Source of the DNA: Nageia nagi
Taxonomy: Eukaryota > Plantae > Pinophyta
Assembly (NCBI GenBank): GCA_050084985.1
Contig: JBITNC010000002.1
Location: 12,276,001 to 12,340,000 of the forward strand
Length of the DNA stretch: 64,000 bases
Direction of reading: 5' to 3'
Shown: one piece after another, positions 40,210 through 53,957 of the stretch
How positions within the stretch are numbered: position 1 is the stretch's first letter
How the letters are laid out: each line of letters begins with the position of its first letter
Notes under the pieces: model-generated
The model's input: the letters and a program-made list of their open reading frames with translations, nothing else
The model's database searches: none
What the model was told of the DNA's origin: nothing
Translations under genes and position numbers: made by a program

Positions 40210-43200
40210 GCAATTCAAAGAAGCATGAGCATGCCTATGTTTGATTGACCAAGAGTAGTTTTACGAAGATGCAAAAGAAAGGTTCATAGAATATGAGTCC
40301 CATTAATATCATAGAATATAAAAAATTAAATATCCACATTGGAATCATAAAAAAATAGATAAATTATTTAAGATAAAGACAAAGCTCCCAAGGAGGTTAG
40401 AGAAACAAACACTCTACATTCATTAGGCCTTTTCAAAGTAGTTGTGATTTCATTTTCAGTCAATTTTCTTGAGTTGATCTTGGAGGTGGCTCAACACATA
40501 GATTTTGAGGATAGAGTGTTGAAGGATAATGATGGATATATCATAGCTTGGTTTAAAAAATAAGGAATTAAATCTATAATGGCTTGGTCAAGTAGAGGAA
40601 TTATTTACACATACAAAGATTCATATAAAGAGTTAGCAAAATATTCAACTAAAAATAGGTCAAACAATCTCATTCTCTCTTATATGAGACTAAAACATCA
40701 TGGTTTGGTACATTAGGTGGTAATGAAGGCTTAAAGGTTCTTATTCCAAGATATCACAAACAAAGCAAATAATTTTCTATGCAGAGTGATCGAGAAACCC
40801 ATAGATATCAAATATAAGAAAGCCTTGTTTGTCTCTCTTTGTGCTATTGGAAGAGGAAAGAATACCCAATGGAGTCAAGTAATTAGTGATAATATAATCA
40901 AGAAATTGAGATAAGCATGTAGAGCAAATAAGTTATATTATGTGTCCTACCTTATTTACCTACTATTGAAAGGAAAGAACATGCCTAATGTTCATGGGAT
41001 TAAGAAATTAATATTTAATAATAAAATTACTATTTATATGGCATATCCCAACTGGAATAGAGAAGATTAGAAATAAGTGAAGATCAGGAATGATGATTAG
41101 GAATATTCTATCCATAAGGAGCTCAAAGGAGCAAACTATATGCCTAGAATTACACTTGATGGGGTTCATTTAGTAAAGGATTATGAAGATTTTTACCTTG
41201 AAGAATTTGATACTTTTTATATTAGGGTCTAGGGTGTTGAAGTAACTCCATTGAGGTTGTCACGATATGTTAGTAATAAGATGATACTTTTTGAGTTTAC
41301 TAGACAATCCTTTTATTTTCATAATAAAATTAGAAAAGTGAAGAAGGAAGGACTTATCAAAATGCCACTCTCATGTGCATGTTATTATTACCATAACTAG
41401 TTGGAGGTACACATGATTAAAGAAGTTGAAATATATGGTTTGGGATACCATGATTTGAAAACCCATTATGATCCTATGAGAGTGGTCGATAAGCATTTTC
41501 AAAAATTTCACACAAATTATTGATGGTGATCCATAATAGTCCAAAATCAAAAGTGAGAGTGAAGATATTGATGAACTTAGCTCCTCTAATATACTAAGAA
41601 ACATAAATATTGATGAAATTAACTCCTTTAATATACTAAGAAACATGAATATGGATTAACTTAGCTCCTCTAATCTACTAAGAAACATAAATATTGATGA
41701 ACTTAGCTCCTCTAATCTACTAAGAAACATAGATATGGATGAACTTAGCTCCTCTAATCTACTAATAAACATAAATATTGATGCATATTTGAAAAGGTTT
41801 GAGGAAATCAAGATCAAGAGTTAAGATACAAATGAACATGATCCAATAGAATCACAACCCATGCCTAAATAGTTGCAAAGTGTTATTGAGTTCAAAAAGG
41901 AAAAAATGTAGGTAAATAAGCTTACTACTAATGTAAGATGACTTAAAGACAAGAGATAAATAAATTTTAACATTAGAGAATATGATGTGGGGCCAAGGGG
42001 AATTGAGATGAATGTATATGTTATTGACCAAGTAATAAGAAATATCAAAGAATTAACTTAGGAGAAGGAATCAAAGTCTCTTACTTGAAAAACATACATA
42101 AAAGAAGATGAATATAACTTTCTAATAATTTGAAGAATTAGCCACAAATAAAGATGATCTAAAACTTAAATTTAAAAGAGGTTGTGAATTAGAGGATCAC
42201 ATCAATAAATTAATAGAAAAGATCATCAACATATTTTCAAAAGCCTTTCATGATTTTATAAATCTTGATATAATGAATTTTTGCATGCATAAAGTTGAAG
42301 CACACATTAATTCTTTAACTGATGAATGAGGTTTGCAAATGGATGCAATCACAAGGATAGAACATGAAAACATCAATGAACCACAAATCTTGAGTTTTTA
42401 TAAAGAATTCTCTTTTATTTATGATTGGCTAATGAGTGCTAAATCTAGGAGTACAACATTTAAAGACAAGGGGTTTGAAGTCTATGATGAAGTTAAGGAT
42501 GTAATTTTGATATCAAAAAATATCTTCCTTAGAGAAAATGATAAATGGTATAGTGAAAATAACATAAAATAGTAGCTTATGGAGATTTTAAATAATGCAT
42601 TGAAGAGAAAGGATTCAAAAGATTCCATCATGGCATCATATAACCATTTCATGACTTGTTTAGTATAGTTTAAACAAACCTACAAAAAAGTAAAATATTA
42701 GACTAATTCTCGGATGATCTATCAATATCATGGTTTTATAAAAGGGCAAGAAAAGGCTATGCAATTCATAGGAAATGATATTAGTGTTAAAGTATCACAA
42801 ATGATGGAATGATTTCCTACAACATTAGAGGAATAAGAAAAATCCATTTGTTTTGTAAAAATGAAATTAAAAGACTTAAAATTTTTGGCCTCCCTTAATT
42901 TCTAGAGTAAGAAATTTTTTGAGTAGTTTTATTTTAGACTTACTTTATTTTTCATAAAGTTATTTCCAAACTTCATATATTTTGGATGAATTTGTAATTA
43001 GGGTTTCAAAGTAGTTAAGGTTTTGAAAAGGTGGATTAGAGTTTCTTCTAGAACTAACTACCTTTGGTCATTATAAAAGGAGAATGAAGTCTCTTTTGAA
43101 ACTCTCTTTGGAATTCTAAAATGTAATGAGAAATCTTGCAAGTAATCAATAAAAGTATTTTCTTTGCATCATATTATATGTTTCCTTATTATAGTGATAT

Positions 43201-43450
43201 CTATTTAATTTAGAAAATATATTACAAGTACATATAATAATTTATTTTTAAATCTTGAATTAGTTATCCTTTTATAAACTTGAGAAAGCTTATGCAATTA
43301 AGTTTGTAAAAGAATAATAAAGTGTTATGCAAGCTTTACAACATACAAATTTGCTTTAAGAATTAAGTAGTAATATTTTCTAAAGTGAAAAAGATAAGTG
43401 TAAAGACACTTACAATGGGTATATCATTACTTCACTTATAACTTGGGCAC
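40210..43450 (+). mobile_element. Degenerate long non-pol ORF followed by LTR-like sequence (probable retrotransposon accessory ORF region)
   Basis: Stop-riddled but protein-like + frame (ELILEVAQHIDFEDRVLKD..., fragment 42333-42572); tataaaagg and aataaa in the downstream segment. Confidence 0.45.
41565..41783 (+). repeat. 42-bp tandem repeat, ~5 copies (frame-preserving, IDELSSSNLLRNIN)
   Basis: Unit atattgatgaacttagctcctctaatctactaagaaacataa. Confidence 0.9.
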
Positions 43451-44634
43451 AAGGGGTCTATCAGTAGGAAATGGTAAATAACATGTGAGTGCTATGAGGG
43501 GGTATTTTTAATATCAACTTGAAATATTAGTATACTGATACATATTTTATAAAGAGAGGGTGGTAGGGGTTTTTATCAGGGGGAAGGGGTTACCAGGAGA
43601 GTTTATCAAGGGTGGTGGGTGAGGAAGGGAACAAAGGTTGGATGATATATGATGATATTATTCTTCTATTTCTCTTTTATTTTATTATTTTAATATAATA
43701 AAAATATTATTCTATTATTTTACTATTGAATACATTTTAACATATTAAATTAATTAATTGATCTTTTTACAAATGTAAATTAATTAATATTAAATTAATA
43801 AAATTAAAATAATACATATAATTAACAAATATGAAAAAACTAACCATGAACACATTTGTTGAGAAGGTAAATTCAAACAAGTGAAAAGATATTAAAACAT
43901 GTGTCATGTGGTAGCTTGCTTATTATATATATATAAAGTGTTGTTAAAAGTGCATATAATAAAATGTATTTTTTTAAAAATATTCTTTTTAATATATTTA
44001 CATCTGAGTTGACTTTGCTAGTATTGAAGGAAATATTATACATTGATGAAATAGTAAAACTACTAAGAGGTAGTTAAAATTGATTTAATTTTTTTAACAA
44101 AATGGTGAGTTTTAAAAAATGGTATCTGATTATTATGTAGGGGTTTAACATGAGGGGGGGAGGTGTTAAATTTAAAAAATAGGGTTTTTTTAATAAGCTC
44201 ATGTATGCACATGTTTTGAGAGATTTCTATTAAGAGACCCCCTCGTGAACTTCGGTAAGTCACCAAGAACATTTAAGCTAAGTTATAAAATTGAGTGGTT
44301 ATTTACTTGGTATGAACTCATGGAATAAACACTTAAACCAAAGTATAAGAAAGTTTTAAGAAAGATAATATAAGTACTTTAAACCTTAATATAAATTTGA
44401 AATACCATATTACTACACTGAGGACCACCTCATTAAAAATAAGGATCATAAATCCATGTTGTCCCCTTTTTCTACTTGACATGAAAAAGTGGTTAACTCA
44501 TGGAAGGCCTAATCCCTAAGACCATCCCAAGGGAATGATGATCAAGATCTATTTTATAAAAATAGTTTGTTTGTTAGACAACTGATTTTGGACTTTAGTA
44601 TAGATCTTTTTACTATAGCTATAGCCCAAATAAA

Positions 44635-46896
44635 TTTTAATATTTATAGATTAAATAAAATAATCTCTTCAGCAAACAACTTTACTCAATAACAATAAAA
44701 AATTATTAACTATCATATAAGAAGAACAAAATATGTAAAATTAGGGATAAAATAACATATAATGAGGTTCACCCAACATGGGCTACATCCCTATAGAAAT
44801 ACCAATCCTTTGTATTAGCATCAATACAATACATAGGAGAACATTCTTGCAACACAACTAGTTGTAACTTCCTCTTTGAAATTTACAAAAATATCTCCAT
44901 GAGTTTCTCTTTCTCATATACAATCACTACATCATATTCAACATACAAAATACCTTTACAACTAACCAGCTCTACACCAAGCTCCATGTTCTCCCATGTC
45001 CAACCCTGAACATACACATACTTGATCTCCAAGGATCTATATTGTGATTTTATTACATTGATATATCATTGACTATGCTAAGCCAACCCCTAGAAATATT
45101 GTTAGGTTCCAATCCTCAACACTGTAATCCTATCAATATATAAATTCCCAAACCCAAAATTTATACTCTAATAGATGCACTACCCAATACCTCTAAAGAT
45201 AATCAATCTCATAATGATTTCTCTCATGGAGGCTTACATAAATAAGAATTCACAATCCCATGAAACCACTAGATCTATAAGGCTAATAATAGTCATGAAA
45301 TAGATCTAATGCTAAGAATATAATCTTCTTAAACTTTAAAAAACTCAATTGGCACTCCTAGACTTCCAAATTAGACTTAATTGAGTATTTCAAGCTCCAT
45401 AACTAACAATCTCCTATTTGGAGACTAAAATATAAACAACTCTATCATTTCTACACCCATCGAAGAATATCTTCAAGCAAAAAAAGGAATATCAACTCCA
45501 TATTATTGTATCCATACTATGACCCATTACTAGTGTCATCAATGCACTTTCTCTTATGATCAACAAGCAACACACAATCTTACCTATCACAAATCTATGA
45601 TACAACCATCACCAACTTGACAAAATCCACATACTATGTCTTCCTCCATTGCATGCTCACACATAATACATGATTTACCACTATTGCATCATATGATCCA
45701 TCTCAAATAACATGTAAAAGAATCAATACCATGTTCAACCCTTAAGCATTATTTTTCAACATTTCTCCCATTACTTCACCAATCTTTGGTCTTTTACAAT
45801 CAAGAACAATACATAGGAACATCCTTTCCAATACAAGCTACATCAAAAATTTAGAAGAAATAGAGAAAAGAGGAGTGGCCAACTATCCATGACCACATAT
45901 CCAAAAACCTTTCATAATTTTGAATGGAAGCATAAACCAAGTTGGCTATACCATCAATCTTGCATGGATGTTCATAATCCAGTAATACATCTTCATCATC
46001 TAAACATAATCTCCTTGGCTTTTACTTTCAAGAGAATAATATCCATCTTCTATTATAGTTTCCACTCAAGTCAAGCTCCCACTCAATCTAGAAAACTCTT
46101 TTGATGAGTATCCTAAATCCCAACACGCTCTAATACCAATTATTAGTATTTAAAGATTAAATAAAATAATATCTTGAGAAAATAATTTTAATCAACAATA
46201 ACCATCACATAAGAAGAATAAAATATGTAAAGTTAAATATAACATAATATATAATGAGGTTCATCCAATATGGGATACATCTTCAGAGAAATACCAATCC
46301 TTTATATTAGTAGCAATACAATACATGAGAGAATATTCCTACAACATAACCAATTGCAACTTTCTCTCTAAAATCCAATAGCATCTCTCCATGAGTTTCT
46401 CTTACATATAATCAATATACTATGTTTAACATGCAAAAGACATTTACATCTAACAAGCTCTACACAAAGCTCCATGTACTCCCATGCCCAACCTTGAACA
46501 TATACATAGTTGATCTCCAAGGATCTACAATGTGCTTTCATTACATTGATCTAGCACCGACCATGTTGAGACTACCCTTAGCAATACTTCAAGGTTCTAA
46601 TCTTCAACATTGTACTCCTATCAATCTATAAATTCTCAAGCCTATAATTCATCCTCTAAGACATACACTATCCAAGACCTATAAAGATAATAAATCTCAT
46701 ATTGATTCCTCTCATGGAGGGTTACATAAATAGGAATTCACAATCCCATGCAACCACTAGATATATGAGGTTAATAATAGCAATAGATAAGATCTAATGC
46801 TAAGAATAGACTCTTCTCAAACTTAGAAAATCTCAACTCGCATTCCCAATCTCCTAAAATAGACTTAATTGAGTATTTCAAGCTCTACAACTAACA
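44635..46896 (-). mobile_element. Non-autonomous LTR retroelement (LTRs ~760-775 bp, ~730-bp non-coding interior)
   Basis: Direct repeats 44635-45408 and 46141-46896; TSD ATAAA at 44630-44634 and 46897-46901; PBS gctctaatacca at 46127-46138; PPT-like atctcctattt at 45409. Confidence 0.88.
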
Positions 46897-47216
46897 ATAA
46901 ATGTATTAACTATCTCTCCTTTGGGTTTTCATACCTACATAGGGTTTGAGTAGGATGAATCACTCATATTTTTTACTTTGAAATAGAAGATCAATTTTCA
47001 TGTCTCAAATAGAGTATGGATGCTTTTATCTATTTGCTGTAAGGCTTGTGTTGAGTGTGGTAGACTCCTATGTTTTGAATATTTACGGTTGAGGTATTTA
47101 TGACTTTTTCACTTATTCTCTTATTTTGGATATATGATTTTCTATGAATTTGTGATTGTGAGCTACGTATTCTTCATATAGTTCTAGTTTGATCAATTAG
47201 AAGCCTCTATTAACCC

Positions 47217-48759
47217 TACTACTACAATACAAGAAAATAGCCTCAAGGTAGGAATCATTTTCCTTTTTTTTTTTGGCCTTTTTGGTCACTAGATGATGTT
47301 ATCTTTGATACTAAGAGACAAGTCAAATATAACATCAATAATTGCATCACTTATAGCATCACATATAGAGTTTGAAATAGAATCATTTTACATCACTTCT
47401 AGAGTCACATATAGCATTGTAAATATTCATTTTTGCATCACTTGTAAAGTCACATATAACATCCAAAATAGAGCTATTTAGTGTTGATTATAGAGTCAGA
47501 AATAGAGTCATTTAGCATCAATTATAGTGTCAAATTTAATTTAATTTTTCTTAAATTAGAAATCAAAAATCAAAATCGAGGGTGGATTATAGTTTTTGAT
47601 TTCTAGTTTTTAGTATCTATTTTATGCATATTCTATAATCATTGTAGTTCATGAGACTATACTTCGATGAGGTATTCTATCAAATATTTCATGGGACCTT
47701 TCAATGTATCCCTTTCATGAATATCCTACAATCATTGCATTCCATAAAATTATATTTGCATCATCCATCTTTTCAAATATTTCGTATGCCTTCTCTACAC
47801 TTCCACATTTTGCATACATGTTTACCATGACATTCACAACCATTACATCTAACAATCTACTTTTAAAAATTCTCTAATGTATGTATAAACCCTATTGCAA
47901 ATCTCTTAGTTTGGTGCATGCTTTGAGTATGTTGGGAGAGGTGAACTGATATGGTTGGATTACTGCTATTATTTGTTGTAGTTAATGATATTGTATATGC
48001 ATCTTCCATTCCATCAAATAATTTATGTGCCTTCTAGCTATGCTTCCATATGTTACATACCCATCCATCAGGGTACTCACAGCCATAACATTTAAGCTAA
48101 AACCATTTTCCACTAATATTTGATATATTATGTACCTTCTTCTATAGCTCCCATGATGGAAAATGCTGGAAGGATGCTGACATGGGTTACTGAGTCTAGT
48201 TTTACGCTTGACGATTGTATCTACCTAAAAATCTCTAAGGTCTTTTTAGAAAATTGATCTTATGTATATCATGCGCTCATTGAAATTCATGAAACTAATT
48301 TATGTGGCTTTTGTAAGCTTCCATATTTTGTAATAAAAGAGGATTTTTAACCATTTAACAATGATCATTGATCAAGTTTTTGGATCAATGATTGAGAATA
48401 AATCAAAATCAATCCATGTGCATGATCCATTTTTTTTTCATTTATTTATGTTTACAATGCTATGTCCCATGCAAATTTATTATCGAACTTAGTATTGATT
48501 TTAGCATTGGTTTTAGAATCAAATATAATGTCGAATATAGTGTTAGATATAACATTAGATATAGTGTTGGTTTTAGTGTTGAATATAGCATTGGATATAG
48601 TGTCAATTTTAGTATGAATTTTAAAGTTAGATATAACATTGAAAAATGGGGAAACAAGATGTTTTATGCCAAATTATGTAAAATTGTGTTATTAGCATTA
48701 TATATGAACATTAAAAAAAGATGCCCTCTCTAATGCTATAAGCCTAAATTGTTGTAGTC
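47217..48759. mobile_element. CACTA-like non-autonomous element carrying a gene fragment
   Basis: Termini tactactacaa / ttgttgtagtc (degenerate CACTA TIR); 12-bp-period subterminal repeats at 47330-47535 and 48490-48645; possible 3-bp TSD ccc/cct. Confidence 0.6.
47620..48370 (-). pseudogene. PLS-class pentatricopeptide repeat (PPR) gene fragment
   Basis: Manual translation gives VKLDSVTHVSILPAF, VENGFSLNVMAVSTLMDGY, NILKACTKLRDLQ, VNMYAKCGSVEKAYEIFEKMDDANIILWNAMIVGYS; stops and frameshifts present. Confidence 0.88.
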
Positions 48760-49306
48760 CCTTATGCTCTATCTTTTTTATTTCTTTCAATATTTTCATC
48801 TCTTTTCTGTATCCATGATCTCATAGAAGTTACTCCAAGCCTATATGGAGAAGGCACTATACTAACAAACTGATGTATGAAGCCTTGGTACTGAACGCAT
48901 CTATGTATGTAGGATAACATATTGAAGATTAATCTTTTTATCTATGGGGTGATGATCTTTGGAACCATAATTTCTTGTGTGTTTAAATGAGAGGTCCATT
49001 TTCTCATCTATGAGATGATGTGTCTACATGAACCACTTCCCTATCTATTGGGGGAAGGCTCTATCAACAAAAGATTCTCTATACACTCAACTAGGAACCA
49101 TCCTATTCAAAAGTAGGAGGTTAGTCTAGATGAAATCAGTGCATCCAAGGACTTGTTGGCCTAAATTTAGTTTTTTATCAACTCATATTGCATTATTTGG
49201 ATCAATAGGTATCATTATATATACTATAATGTTATAATTGACTATTGTACATTAACACCTTAACATTAATCTATCTACATTTATCATGCATATTTACATT
49301 ATATAC

Positions 49307-49332
<26 letters not shown>

Positions 49333-49342
<10 letters not shown>

Positions 49343-49575
49343 GGGGTATCATGTTTCCATATATTATATCACATCAACTTCTTAGGATTGATCTAGTTAT
49401 ATATATTCTAAAGGAAAATGACTATATTACATTTAGTCCTATTGGACTATTATATATATATGGGCTATCATGTTTTCATATATTATATCACATCAACTTC
49501 TTAGGATTGATCTAGTTATATATATCTCTCAAGGAAAATGACTATATTACATTTAGTCCTATTGGACTATTATAT
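49333..49575. repeat. 119-bp tandem duplication next to a (TA)n/(TACA)n tract
   Basis: cttaggattg at 49381 and 49500. Confidence 0.9.
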
Positions 49576-51479
49576 GTTGATTACCATATCTTTTTATTGG
49601 CCATATTAGGATATATTGCATGTAGTCTTATTAAACTACAAGTTATTGATAATCAAAATATCTTACAATCTTATATTTATGGCTTTATCTATAGAATTTA
49701 GATTTTATTACACTCAATCTTTTTGAATATTTAGTATTGACCATTATTAATTTGTATCGGATACTTATTAAGACATCACATTTGGTTTGATTAGGCTATT
49801 AGGAATTATCCCTTGTATATATTGTACATTAGTATCTTTACTTATGTTATTATCTTTGAGTTCATTACTATATTACATTTAGTACTATTTGATTGATGAA
49901 TATTTTCCACTAGGTGTTAGTATCAAACAAATTTCCTTTTACTTATTTATTTTCTTATCTGTGATTATTTGGATTATCCTTATGGGTTATCATTTCTTAC
50001 AAAATATGAGAAGATATTCAAACATGATTTTTATAATTTTTCTCCTTTGGGCCCTACTAAAAAATTGTAAGTTCCATTAGGAACATCAATTTTTTGCCTC
50101 AATGCATCTACCTTGAGAAGGCACCTTAAGTGATTGACTATGTCGACCATTGAGAGAATGAAAGAAAACCATAAATGCTCTTGTCAATCATATTATATTC
50201 CCTATTCCTTAAGCATGGTGTTGATGATAAGCCTTAGGACACCCACCAGACAACCAATGGATTACTTTCTTTACATAGTCATAGTTGGAGCTATGATATT
50301 TGGTATCAATTTTATACTAAGTTTAGTGGTTATAATTTAGTTATATAATATATATTTTCTACCAAAATACACATTTACTTCTTAAATTATTTATTAATAT
50401 CTTTGCATTACCTTACTCTATTTTATTTCATTTCTTTCTCCTTGGTGTCTACTCCATATGTTAACTAAGATACACATCTTGAGATGACTCTCAACACACA
50501 TCATGATAGTTGAACACACACACACACACACACACTTATTTTAACAAAAATATTTTTTTTTCCTCATTTAATCATCTTTTTATTGAAAGTTGAGCTCTCT
50601 CAAATTTTGTGAATGCTTTGCATATTTTTATATTTTTCTTTTTATTTAGAATCTAATGGATAGAAAATTGCCTATCTTAATTACTATTTGGATTTAAAAT
50701 ATTAATTATTATAAAGAATTAATTCTAAATCTTTCTCCACAAATGTAAAATATATTCAAGTCTTATTGGTTATTATTCTTTTTTTTAAGCCAAAGGTTAT
50801 TTAAACTCCCTAAGTGAATGTTCATTTTTATAGCCTTTTTATATTTCATTGTATTTCTATGTTTCAATGATCTTAACTTCAAATTTCTAAAACCTCAATC
50901 CAAATAATTATTTTGATCTAAATTTTTCTCAATATTAAACTTCTTCAGGATAGAGTTAGAAAAATTTTACCATTATTTGAATAGAAAAAAGTTAAATCTT
51001 TTCTTTGTAATAAAATATTTTCTAGTAAAGAAAATAATAACTAATAGATTTACCATATGAATTTTCCCTCTTCGTTCTCCTCATTTTGTAATATTACTCT
51101 AGAAAATTTTAAATAATTATCATTCTTTGTTTCTTTTTTAGGTTCTTCTTCATATAATCAAAAGATAAATATAAGAATTTCCTCTTCAAACATATATTTT
51201 GGTAGTATGATGGATGAATTCTATATATAATAATAAAATAATTAATTGTAGATCAATAATACTAAGAATGAATCACCATAATAAAAAAATAAAAACATGA
51301 ACCGACAACAAATATAATACAAATACATATGAAAAATAATAAAAATGATGTAAAATATGAAAAATATATATAAAAAAACAAAAACAAAACAATCATCCCA
51401 TTAATTATATTTCTTTTTTCTTTCCTTAAATTATAAACTTTTTATGCTATTTATGCAAATAAATATCATACATTATTTA

Positions 51480-52460
51480 AAAGAAATAAAAGAGCACCTC
51501 CTAAGTATTCCTTTCCATGAATTGGACCGGTATGTGTGTCTGTTTAGAATCTAATGATTCTACCACAACAAAGTAGACCTTGGTTGGTTGGATATTACTT
51601 TTTCTTTGTAACCTTCATATATTATAATATAAATTCTCTTTCTCTCTGCTTTCATAATGGATGCATTCATCTACCCATTATTCCTGGTCTTATACAACTG
51701 GCAGCACAATTCTTTTGGAAGGAAAAATCTCCATGATTATGATGATTAATTGCTGCGAGTATTGCAGTCAAAACTACTTTCGCTGATGGAAGTTAATATG
51801 ATTGAATAATCCATATATTACGCTATGGTCATCACCGACAAACCTATCACAATTGAGCATTCTTAGCATCAATGATGAACACTGCCACCTTTTCAATGAT
51901 CCCTCTACCAATAACCTCATCACCAAGTTTGATAAAGCGCAGGGTTTAGAAGATTTCTTCCAGTTCCAATGCCACGCGAGGGAGGTGGGGAGCACTAGTT
52001 TTCCAAATTTAATAAATATGATAAACTTATAGGTGGGATATATGGGTATAAGTATATTTAAAAATCAGACATGGCCGAATGATATAGTTTCTTCGAATCA
52101 ACAGTTCTGGAAATACAGTTTAGTCATGGTACTAGCAAATGAAACGATAGAAATATTGTTCCAAGTTTGAAAATTTGAAGGAAATAATTAAAGTCTAAAA
52201 GATAGAGCATGCGTGGGCTGTTTAATAGACGTGTGATGTACCAACTATGATGATTCAAATAGTCTCTGGCGTTTACTTTGGTGCTTGCAGTCGATTTCAG
52301 TTTCGTCTCTACTTTAAGACCTTGTCAAATGGTATGTTGGAAATGGTAATACTTTGTAAGGTTAATGTTCAGGAGGAATTTGATGATTGAGTTATGTGAA
52401 AATTGGTAAGTAAATTTGTTTACGGATGGGAGTGGTGAAGTGGATGATTTTGTAACTGAG
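51480..52460. other. Conserved block X (unit C) plus adjacent CpG-retaining segment
   Basis: Homology to 28740-29140; the CpG-containing 52060-52460 segment is mostly absent from unit B. Confidence 0.7.
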
Positions 52461-53957
52461 ATTCAAGTTTTAAATTTATCTTTTTTTTCAATTTATTATT
52501 TGTTAATTATATTTTATTCATGTCGGTTTAATAAATGGATATATATAATAGAACTTATAAAAGTTACAATAATTTACAAATTGATTTTTAAAATTATATA
52601 TATATATTACTTATAATTGAAAATTTAATATTAGATTATAGAAAAAAAAATATTTCAATGAATAGAACATAATCAATGGTAGTAACACTATATTAAATCA
52701 AGAATGAAATCAAAGAAAGAGATAAAAAAAGGATAAATATTCAATTAACTATAAGAGGTATGATATCTCTCAAAGTGAGGGGAATAAATCTGAGAGTTCT
52801 CTTTGAGAACTTAAAAGGAGAAAAATATGTATATTAAATTTTTTTATTATAAATAATAGTGTTTAAAACAAGTTTTTACTATTTCATTTTGATATCATAA
52901 TTTTAAAATTGAAAATGTTAATTATATTTATCAACTTATGCTTCAACTTGCAAGTTATTATTCATAATGATTACAAGATATTTTGAGGTAAGCATTTAAA
53001 ATAAATAACCTTCTTCAATATTATTATTATTTTTAACAATTAATATTGATTCATAAAATTTAGTGTCAAAAAATGAAAATAATATTTTATGATGAGGATT
53101 TGAATTGAAATAAAATGAGTTAATAATAAAAATCATGAAACCCTTTATGGAAATCATGGTAGAAAATATGATGTGTAAAGTGGTAATGAGGGTAATATGA
53201 TTAAAAAATGGTAAATATTGACTTTACCTTTAAACATATATAAATATATAAGTTGTATGCCTATTTCCAATGTGTAAAATAATGTATTACCTAAAATCAT
53301 AGAGATGAAGATAAAATTGATGCCTATAGGAGAAACAAATCACCATGGATATTTATGCATTGAGGTAGTTTTACAAGAGTAGGAGGGCTAGAGAAAATTA
53401 AAGTAAAATACAATGCTAGGAAAAGAACTCATTACTAAAAAAAAAAAGATTAATTACATCTCTATATATGCCTCCAAATAAAGAAGTGATATAAAACCTA
53501 GATAATTGACCTTCTAAATACACAATACTTAGCTTGTAATTTGTTACCATACATGAATATTATTTAAAAAATGTAATAATGAAAACAAGTATCTCATTTA
53601 TTTAAAATTATATTCAAAACTTATATTTTAAAAATGTAGTTGTGGATTCTAATTTGATTACAATTGTCAACTTTCCTTTTATTAATTGAAATGCAACACT
53701 ATAGAAGATTAATAAATATACAAAATTATATATTAGTGGGATTCAAGTTACCATTATCATTATGGAGTTTTAACATATGAAATTTCTTGTTCAAATACCC
53801 TTGTTTGCTCCTCAAAGTAATTTTAATTCAAATATTTTAATTATGAAATAAAACCAATATGTTAAGAAATTGGTAGTGAAGACTTTGAATGGTCAAAATA
53901 ATTAGATATTTAAAAATACATTTGAAGTGATCAAAATAATTTTTGTGCTTAGAATCA

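Noticed and set aside
41565-41783. CRISPR-like arrays (also 56097-56950)
   Set aside because: Head-to-tail tandem repeats without unique spacers, in a eukaryotic context
43558-43589. G-quadruplex-like G-tract cluster
   Set aside because: Lies in decayed repeat-like DNA, with no conservation evidence
48392-48733. ORFs 48392-48733, 56778-57167, 60406-60753 and microsatellite-spanning ORFs
   Set aside because: Open because of low-complexity or periodic sequence, mostly non-ATG starts, and no recognisable domains
46900-50330. LINE ORF2 remnants flanking the CACTA-like element
   Set aside because: Too degenerate to show diagnostic motifs by eye
51976-51995. Second miR156/529 target site (gtgctccccacctccc on -), i.e. 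a two-hit TAS architecture
   Set aside because: About six true mismatches in the 5' region of the miRNA
52376-52464. C/D box snoRNA (TGATGA...CTGA with short terminal complement)
   Set aside because: Terminal stem register does not fit a k-turn and no rRNA antisense element was recognised
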